Source of the DNA: Erysipelothrix larvae | GTDB lineage: Bacteria > Bacillota_I > Bacilli_A > Erysipelotrichales > Erysipelotrichaceae | Direction: 5' to 3' | DNA: 32,000 nucleotides | Assembly (NCBI RefSeq): GCF_001545095.1 | Contig: NZ_CP013213.1 | Location: 360,001-392,000, forward strand | Shown here: positions 26,601-32,000 of the stretch, one piece after another | Numbering within the stretch: the first letter of the stretch is position 1 | How the letters are laid out: each line of letters opens with the position of its first letter | Notes under the pieces: generated by a model | Databases searched by the model: none | The model's input: only the letters and a program-made list of their open reading frames with translations | What the model was told of the DNA's origin: nothing | Position numbers and translations under genes: made by a program

Positions 26601-27681
26601 TCAAATCACGATCGTGTGTGATGTTGCAGTTGGAACATTCCCATTGACGTATCTCCAGTGGTTTCTTTCCATCATTATGTCCACAGTGAGAACACAGCTG
26701 ACTGGACGGATACCAGGAATCAATCTTGATTACTTTTTTCCCATACCAATCGGCTTTGTATTCGAGCTTTGCCACAAATTGTGACCAAGACACATCTGCA
26801 ATACTCTTTGAAACCCGCTTCGTCTTCATCATTTCTTTAACTTTTAAGGTTTCTATACAGAGCACATCATGGTTCTCGATTAGCTCCTTACTCACCTTGT
26901 TTAAGAAATCATTGCGTCGATTTGCGATCTTCTCATGGATTCGTGCGACATTTAACTTTTGCTTTTGGTAATTCTTGGCTTCACTCAGCGGGACACCCCG
27001 TTTCTTTGCCTCCCTTTTACGTTTTGATAACTTACGTTGTTCTCGTTTCAGTGTTTGTGCTTCTTGGTTCGTGAACCGTGGGTTTGGAATACGTCTTCCA
27101 TCAGAGAGCACCGCAAAAGCAATCAATCCAAGATCAATCCCAACCTCAGACCCCGTCTTAGGTAGGTGCTCGATTGTTTCTTCGACTAAGAGTGAGACGT
27201 GATAGATTCCTGTTGTACTCCTTGATATCGTTGCGGATTTAATATCACCTTTTGGGTGACGATGCATCTTGATTCTCACAAGACTCTTAAGTTTTGGCAG
27301 TTTAAGATATTTATGATTTTTAACGGATATTGTTCCTTTTTGATTGTTTGTGGTATAGGACTGCTCCATTTTTCTTGATTTATACTTTGGCTCACCTACC
27401 TTTGGATCTCGATAACAATTCTTAAATGCTCGGTCAAGATTCAATTGTGCATTCGCTAAGGCAAGACTGTCTACTTCCTTCAAATAAGGGTAATCTTCCT
27501 TATACTTTGCAGGTGTTGGAATTTTATCGTTTGTTGGAAGTCCGTTTCGATAATCCTCATTCATTTGAAGCCGCTCTTCAAGCATGAGGTTATACGTCTT
27601 ACGAACACAACCAAACGTTTTTGCGAAAAAGATGATTTGCTCTTGGTTTGGATAAATTCTAAACCTGTAGGCACGTTTCAT
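26548..27681 (-). CDS. tnpB: RNA-guided endonuclease TnpB (IS200/IS605 OrfB)
   Basis: 377 aa. The N-terminus is MKRAYRFRIYPNQEQ. RuvC-like residues are present in VGIDLG, CIETLKV and HDRDLNASINI. The zinc finger is CSHCG...CSNC. Confidence 0.95.
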   Translation of the reverse strand: MKRAYRFRIYPNQEQIIFFAKTFGCVRKTYNLMLEERLQMNEDYRNGLPTNDKIPTPAKYKEDYPYLKEVDSLALANAQLNLDRAFKNCYRDPKVGEPKYKSRKMEQSYTTNNQKGTISVKNHKYLKLPKLKSLVRIKMHRHPKGDIKSATISRSTTGIYHVSLLVEETIEHLPKTGSEVGIDLGLIAFAVLSDGRRIPNPRFTNQEAQTLKREQRKLSKRKREAKKRGVPLSEAKNYQKQKLNVARIHEKIANRRNDFLNKVSKELIENHDVLCIETLKVKEMMKTKRVSKSIADVSWSQFVAKLEYKADWYGKKVIKIDSWYPSSQLCSHCGHNDGKKPLEIRQWECSNCNITHDRDLNASINILNEGLRLSHQS

Positions 27682-28091
27682 CGCTTTTCCCCCTGTGTCT
27701 CAATATACTGTTTCAACACTTCTAGAGGTGCACCACCAACAGAAATCAAGCAGAAACTCTTTGACCAAAAAGCATCTTTCCAAAGGGATGCTTTCACTTC
27801 TGGAAATTCTTTCTTAATCAAGCGACTGCTTGCACTTTTGTAAGCATTGATAAACTTGCTAAGCGATGTATTTGGATGGGCTTTGAATAGAATATGAACA
27901 TGGTCAACATCATGATTCCATTCAATACAGGTGATATTGTAGTTTGGAGCAATGGAAACAAAGATTTCATGAGCCCGTTTCGAAATTGAATCATTGATGA
28001 CTTTTCTGCGATATTTTGTGACAAAAACCATATGATATGTCAATAAAAACACAGAATGAGCATTATTGTCTAAAACCTGCATATTATGCAC
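27678..28091 (-). CDS. tnpA: IS200/IS605-family Y1 (HUH) transposase TnpA
   Basis: 137 aa. It has YHMVFVTKYRRK, the HUH motif in DHVHILF and the catalytic-Tyr region LKQYIETQ. Confidence 0.95.
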   Translation of the reverse strand: MHNMQVLDNNAHSVFLLTYHMVFVTKYRRKVINDSISKRAHEIFVSIAPNYNITCIEWNHDVDHVHILFKAHPNTSLSKFINAYKSASSRLIKKEFPEVKASLWKDAFWSKSFCLISVGGAPLEVLKQYIETQGEKR

Positions 28092-28156
28092 TCCCCTTAT
28101 ATTTCTACTGACTATATTATATCATGATTTAAGGGTTAAAGACAGCCAATTCATCC

Positions 28157-28182
28157 CCCACTTATAGAAGTCGGAGACTTCT
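28157..28182 (-). repeat. Left-end subterminal hairpin region of the IS (two alternative overlapping hairpins)
   Basis: CCCACTT-ATAG-AAGTCGG (28157-28174, one mismatch) overlaps AGAAGTC-GGA-GACTTCT (28166-28182). The sequence is related to the right-end hairpin. Confidence 0.45.
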
Positions 28183-28225
28183 TGGCATTTCTGTTAAAAG
28201 TTTGTTATGATTCGCATTACTATGC

Positions 28226-28255
28226 TTGACTTTAGTTGATATTTGACTGTATGAT
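28226..28255 (+). promoter_or_regulatory. Candidate promoter of lemA
   Basis: TTGACT (28226-28231), 18 nt, then TATGAT (28250-28255), about 27 nt upstream of ATG 28282, which follows TAGGAGG. Confidence 0.4.
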
Positions 28256-28281
28256 ACATGTAAGACATAGGAGGTATAACT

Positions 28282-28854
28282 ATGAATATATTAACAGCAA
28301 TTAGCGGATTATGGATTGCATTGGGCGTTGTTGTCATTGTCGTATTGTATGTTGTCATGGCATATAATGGTCTAGTGAGTCAACGTAATCTAGTGGAAGA
28401 AGCATTCTCAACGATGGATGTGTACCTTAAAAAGCGTTATGACTTGATTCCAAACCTTGTTGAAACAGTAAAAGGGTATGCGAAACATGAAAGTGGTACA
28501 CTTGAAGCGGTAATCTCAGCACGAAACAAGGCTGTAAATGCCACTACTGATGAAGCACGTCTTCAAGCAGAAGGTGACTTAAGTCAAGTGATGGGTCGTT
28601 TGTTTGCATTGACTGAAAGTTATCCAGATCTTAAGGCAAATACAAACTTCCTTGATTTACAAAATCAATTGAAACTCATTGAAACAGAAATCGCTCAATC
28701 TCGTAAATACTATAACGGTACTACTCGTGACTTTAACACGAAGATTGAAACATTCCCTTCAGTGATTATCGCAAATATGTTTGGGTTCAAACGTAAACCT
28801 CTCTATGAAGTAAACAATGAAACTGAACGCGAAAACGTCAAAGTATCATTTTAA
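28282..28854 (+). CDS. lemA: LemA-family protein (N-terminal TM anchor)
   Basis: YNGLVSQRNLVEEAFSTMDVYLKKRYDLIPNLVETVKGYAKHE...YPDLKAN.NFL.LQ..L...E..I...R..YN is the canonical LemA pattern. Confidence 0.9.
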   Translation: MNILTAISGLWIALGVVVIVVLYVVMAYNGLVSQRNLVEEAFSTMDVYLKKRYDLIPNLVETVKGYAKHESGTLEAVISARNKAVNATTDEARLQAEGDLSQVMGRLFALTESYPDLKANTNFLDLQNQLKLIETEIAQSRKYYNGTTRDFNTKIETFPSVIIANMFGFKRKPLYEVNNETERENVKVSF

Positions 28855-28860
28855 GCAACA

Positions 28861-28887
28861 GGGGATGTAATCCCCTTTCTTTATTTA
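28861..28887 (+). terminator. Intercistronic hairpin plus T-rich tract between lemA and the DUF2207 gene (partial terminator or processing site)
   Basis: AGGGGAT-GTA-ATCCCCT is followed by TTCTTTATTT. Confidence 0.45.
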
Positions 28888-28903
28888 CAGGAGGTGATGA
28901 CAC

Positions 28904-30841
28904 ATGAAACGTAAGTTAATGCTGTGTCTTTTAACTCTGACATTGTTTTTAGGTTTAAGACCAATCAATGTTCATGCTGAAACCAGTACGATTGATGGTC
29001 TGAACCTCAATGTTCAAATGAACGTAAACGAAAATGGTGTCATTGAGGTTACAGAAGAAGTAACGGTATATTTTAATAATCCCCAACAAGGAATCTTTGT
29101 GGTACTACCACAACTCTACTCTGATTTCGATGTAGGTGGTTGGACAAACAAACCCAATGATAAGCGCAATTATTTCTTTAGAATTACAGATTTTACCTCA
29201 TCAACCCATGCGGTAACTGAAGATGATGACAGTTCATCGTTAAGTGATTTAGTATTTCGTTTAGGAACAGCGGGTCAATTCTTAACGGGTGAGCAGACCT
29301 TTAAGTATTCATATAAGATTCACACCCAAGATTTAGGTCTTGGTTTGGATTATGATGTATTCTTTATGAATATAAAGGGAAATGGATGGAACTTTGATTT
29401 TGAGAATGTCGACTTTACCATTCAATTTGAAAAAGACTTACCTGAAAGTTTTCCACATGAAATTCAAGCCGGAACCCAAGAATCCTACAATGTCGTAGAG
29501 ATACACCGCGATGGCAATACGTTATCTGGAAGTGTGGGACCTTCAAGAACCTATGAAGCTGTGACGATCATGGCAGAGTTACCACATGGATTCTTTAGTT
29601 TCGCAAACCATGACTTCACCTTTGTTGGGTTTGGTCTATTGGTTGGGGTGTTAGCACTTTTAATCTTCTGGTTTATGCGTTATGGAAAAGATTATCCGAT
29701 TGTGGAAACTGTTGAGTTTACTGCACCCGATGGCTTGAGTTCTGCGGAAGTAGCTTATATTTATAATCGGACAGTTCAAGCAAAAGATGTCACTTCACTC
29801 ATTATCTTATGGGCGTCTCAAGGCTTCTTAACGCTTGAAGAGCTGGATGATGATACCATTAAAATATCGAAAGTTTCTGAATATCACGGTCACAATCGAG
29901 AAGAAGAACGGTTATTTATGGCACTCTTTGAAGATCGTGATGAAGTAACAACCCAAGAACTGACCAATACTTTTGGGCAAAAGATTACATTTGCGGTAGG
30001 GAGCATTCCGGATTACTTCCGTAAAGATAAAGATAAGAAAGTCTATGATACAAAATCAACGGGTATGAAGGTCTTAAGTTCGATACTCTTAACGGTTGCG
30101 TTTGGAATCTATTGTGGACTCGTCGTGTATGCTACCTTTGGTTACAGTGGGTTTGCATTCGTAGGATTTGGAATTGCGGGGGTTCTTTGTGCAATCGCTT
30201 GTATCATTGCAGGGATTGGATTTCCGTATATTAAACTCAATAAACTTCACCAAAAAGCCCTTATCGTGCTTTATTCAGTTGGTATTTCACTCATGCTTAT
30301 CCTGATTCTAAAAGGGGGAAGTCTCTTGTTTAGAATCCAGGTCAATTCACTTCAACTCATCTGTGTGACGTTGATACTAACACTATCCTTAATCTTAACA
30401 GGACTTATGGATCGTAGAACACAACAAGGTGCACGGTGGTATGGTCAGATATCCGGGCTCAAACGCTTTATTGAAGTTGCAGAGCATGATCGACTTGTGA
30501 AACTGGCAGAAGAAACACCCACCATTTTCTATGACATCCTTCCATTTGCGTATGTATTGGGTGTTACGGATGTATGGAGTAAGAAGTTTGAATCAATTGC
30601 GATTGAAACACCCGATTGGTATCATACAACTTCAACCATTCCCAATATGAACAGCATCTATATGTGGTCGATGTTGAATCGTTCCATGAATACCGTCCAA
30701 CGATCGATGATTTCTGAGCCAATTAATTCAACATCATCAGGCCGTGGCTTTGGTGGTGGCGGTGGCTTTGGCGGTGGTTCATCTGGCGGTGGTGGCTTCT
30801 CAGGTGGCGGCTTTGGCGGCAGCGGTGGCGGCGGCTGGTAA
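28904..30841 (+). CDS. DUF2207-family membrane protein with signal peptide and C-terminal Gly-rich tail
   Basis: It has a signal peptide (MKRKLMLCLLTLTLFLGLRPINVHA), an extracytoplasmic N-domain, several TM helices and a GRGFGGGGGFGGGSSGGGGFSGGGFGGSGGGGW tail. This architecture, and the position after lemA, are typical of DUF2207 proteins. Confidence 0.85.
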   Translation: MKRKLMLCLLTLTLFLGLRPINVHAETSTIDGLNLNVQMNVNENGVIEVTEEVTVYFNNPQQGIFVVLPQLYSDFDVGGWTNKPNDKRNYFFRITDFTSSTHAVTEDDDSSSLSDLVFRLGTAGQFLTGEQTFKYSYKIHTQDLGLGLDYDVFFMNIKGNGWNFDFENVDFTIQFEKDLPESFPHEIQAGTQESYNVVEIHRDGNTLSGSVGPSRTYEAVTIMAELPHGFFSFANHDFTFVGFGLLVGVLALLIFWFMRYGKDYPIVETVEFTAPDGLSSAEVAYIYNRTVQAKDVTSLIILWASQGFLTLEELDDDTIKISKVSEYHGHNREEERLFMALFEDRDEVTTQELTNTFGQKITFAVGSIPDYFRKDKDKKVYDTKSTGMKVLSSILLTVAFGIYCGLVVYATFGYSGFAFVGFGIAGVLCAIACIIAGIGFPYIKLNKLHQKALIVLYSVGISLMLILILKGGSLLFRIQVNSLQLICVTLILTLSLILTGLMDRRTQQGARWYGQISGLKRFIEVAEHDRLVKLAEETPTIFYDILPFAYVLGVTDVWSKKFESIAIETPDWYHTTSTIPNMNSIYMWSMLNRSMNTVQRSMISEPINSTSSGRGFGGGGGFGGGSSGGGGFSGGGFGGSGGGGW

Positions 30842-30856
30842 GATGGGAGGGACGCT

Positions 30857-31591
30857 ATGCTAAAAGTGCAACGACAACAAAAAATAATAGATTATTTAAA
30901 GAATCATGAGTTTGCGCGTGTTGAAGACCTCGTATTACTTACCGATGCTTCAGAAATTACAGTTCGGCGTGATATTATTGAACTTCACGACAAGGGTAAA
31001 CTAAAAAAAGTGCATGGTGGTGCACAAAGCGTTGATCAGGAATGGGTTAACACTGACATTGATGTGGAAACACGTATCCTTGAAAACATTGACATTAAAA
31101 AAGAAATCGCAAAACGAGCCAGTGCGTTAGTACAAGATAACATGATTGTATATCTTGATGCGGGTTCAACCGTGGGTGAAATGATTCCTTTACTTAAAGG
31201 AAAGAAAATCATCGTTTATACCCATGGTGTTCACCACGTTACACGACTTGTACGACATGGTATTGAATGTCATCTTGTTGGTGGGGATGTGAAACCCGCA
31301 ACCCTAGCTTGTGTTGGTGTTGAGTGTATTCAAGCACTTTCACACTATAAGTTTGACCTTGCTTTTTTGGGAACCAACGCAGTTGATCCTGACTTTGGGT
31401 TTTCAACACCCGATGTGAATGAAGCAGCAGTAAAACGTAAAATCATTGAACAAGCACACGATGCATACTGCCTTGTGGACCATTCAAAGTTTTATAAAAT
31501 CTCAAAGGTATCCTTTGCAGATGGTGATGCATTAAAAATCATCACGGACATAAAACCTGAAGGTGCGGATACATCCTTTATCTTCGCATAA
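30857..31591 (+). CDS. DeoR/GlpR-family transcriptional regulator
   Basis: The N-terminal HTH (RQQKIIDYLKNHEFARVEDLVLLTDASEITVRRDIIELHDKGKLKKVHGGA) is followed by a DeoR C-terminal sugar-phosphate sensor domain. The start is 15 nt after the DUF2207 stop and is preceded by GGGAGG. Confidence 0.9.
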   Translation: MLKVQRQQKIIDYLKNHEFARVEDLVLLTDASEITVRRDIIELHDKGKLKKVHGGAQSVDQEWVNTDIDVETRILENIDIKKEIAKRASALVQDNMIVYLDAGSTVGEMIPLLKGKKIIVYTHGVHHVTRLVRHGIECHLVGGDVKPATLACVGVECIQALSHYKFDLAFLGTNAVDPDFGFSTPDVNEAAVKRKIIEQAHDAYCLVDHSKFYKISKVSFADGDALKIITDIKPEGADTSFIFA

Positions 31592-31674
31592 TCACAACTG
31601 TCATACGCTGTCACAATCTTTAAAAATGGATTGAATGATATGCTCGAGATCATTTCATATAACACATACACACT

Positions 31675-31728
31675 AAATCAAACAGACACGATTTTATAAT
31701 CCAAACCTGTTTGATTTTTTTTTGGATT
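31675..31728 (+). terminator. Terminator after the DeoR gene
   Basis: AAATCAAACAG (31675-31685) pairs with CTGTTTGATTT (31707-31717) and is followed by a T-run of nine. There is an alternative AATCCAAA/TTTGGATT helix. Confidence 0.65.
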
Positions 31729-31872
31729 TATCTTGGGTGACCCGAATGTTTTATTATTGAATCGTTTGAGAAAGGGAAAATGAACAGGGTAGGTCTACTA
31801 CCCATTTCAAGTCATGGCACCTGATGGAAGCCTTCGATACACAAATGGGGTTGTGTTTATCAATCCGTTTAT

Positions 31873-31904
31873 TACACGGAGTACACGGATCACATCGTGT
31901 ACGG
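31873..31904. repeat. Cluster of TACACGG repeats (two direct, one inverted)
   Basis: TACACGGA occurs at 31873-31880 and 31882-31889, with an inverted copy CGTGTACGG at 31896-31904. GTACACG/CGTGTAC also forms a 7-bp hairpin with an 8-nt loop. Confidence 0.4.
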
Positions 31905-32000
31905 TATCTATGGTATCAGTGCGTCACTTTGACCTTGACCTCAATCTTCTGGATTTGAGGGTGTGCTAGGCTTATTAATTTGAGGATTGCTTCGTTCCAT

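Larger units (their letters stand above)
26405..28195 (-). mobile_element. IS200/IS605-family insertion sequence (IS605 group: tnpA plus tnpB). The ends are approximate, within about 20 nt
   Basis: A Y1 transposase gene and a tnpB gene overlap by 4 nt. Related imperfect subterminal hairpins at both ends share CAAGAAG...ACTT...AAGTGG(G/C)GG. There are no terminal inverted repeats, as expected for this family. Confidence 0.8.

Noticed and set aside
30733-30841. The repetitive GGT/GGC tract could be a tandem repeat, CRISPR-like or VNTR feature.
   Set aside because: It lies in frame within the DUF2207 CDS and simply encodes the family-typical Gly-rich tail. It has no unit-spacer organisation.
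31916-31999. An open minus-strand frame at the window edge (...WNEAILKLISLAHPQIQKIEVKVKVTH-stop) could be the 3' end of a gene starting beyond 32000.
   Set aside because: Only 27 codons are visible, there is no recognisable motif, and the other two frames close quickly. It cannot be supported from this window.
1-32000. I checked the whole window for CRISPR arrays, tRNA or rRNA genes, known riboswitches (TPP, FMN, SAM, purine, lysine, glycine, T-box, cobalamin, preQ1, M-box), prophage genes and known defence modules.
   Set aside because: I saw no repeat-spacer arrays, no T-loop/acceptor signatures and no riboswitch core sequences in the intergenic regions. Every large ORF has an ordinary housekeeping or IS assignment. 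A covariance-model scan (Infernal/Rfam) would be the decisive test, and I could not run it.

Overview
This window looks like a mostly housekeeping chromosomal segment from a low-GC Gram-positive bacterium (Bacillota). Type III glutamine synthetase, nrdDG and a U32-peptidase pair suggest an anaerobic Erysipelotrichia- or Clostridia-like organism, but that is inference only. All calls rest on reading the translated ORFs and the DNA by eye; no database search was possible.

Gene content in order:
- queA 3' end.
- A long, tightly packed plus-strand operon: three uncharacterised membrane proteins, a U32 pair (YrrN/YrrO-like), a TrmH-family methyltransferase, nadE and an MgtC-family protein.
- Minus-strand type III glutamine synthetase, an Nfu-like protein and a YuiD-like protein.
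- An S1-domain::pgi in-frame fusion ORF, then msrA.
- A heterodimeric ABC exporter pair, a GT4 glycosyltransferase and a Zn-alcohol dehydrogenase.
- nrdD-nrdG, and a YozG-like HTH regulator.
- secG-rnr-smpB.
- An apparently intact IS200/IS605 element (tnpA plus tnpB) on the minus strand.
- lemA, a DUF2207 gene and a DeoR-family regulator.

I saw no rRNA, tRNA, tmRNA, CRISPR array, prophage or recognisable defence system.

The observations most worth a second look:
1. The uninterrupted S1-domain/Pgi reading frame, which has an internal SD and ATG at the normal Pgi start.
2. The IS605-type element, with catalytically intact TnpA and TnpB and a structured right end (predicted omega RNA). It sits downstream of smpB, where ssrA usually lies in Bacillota.
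3. An orphan strong terminator hairpin in the ORF-free spacer after smpB.
4. A Cys-less U32 paralog paired with a canonical one, next to other RNA-modification genes.
5. A perfect 12-bp palindrome that forms mirrored extended -10 boxes.
6. A TACACGG repeat cluster downstream of the DeoR gene.

None of these amounts to a clearly novel multi-gene system, and I say so rather than over-interpret.
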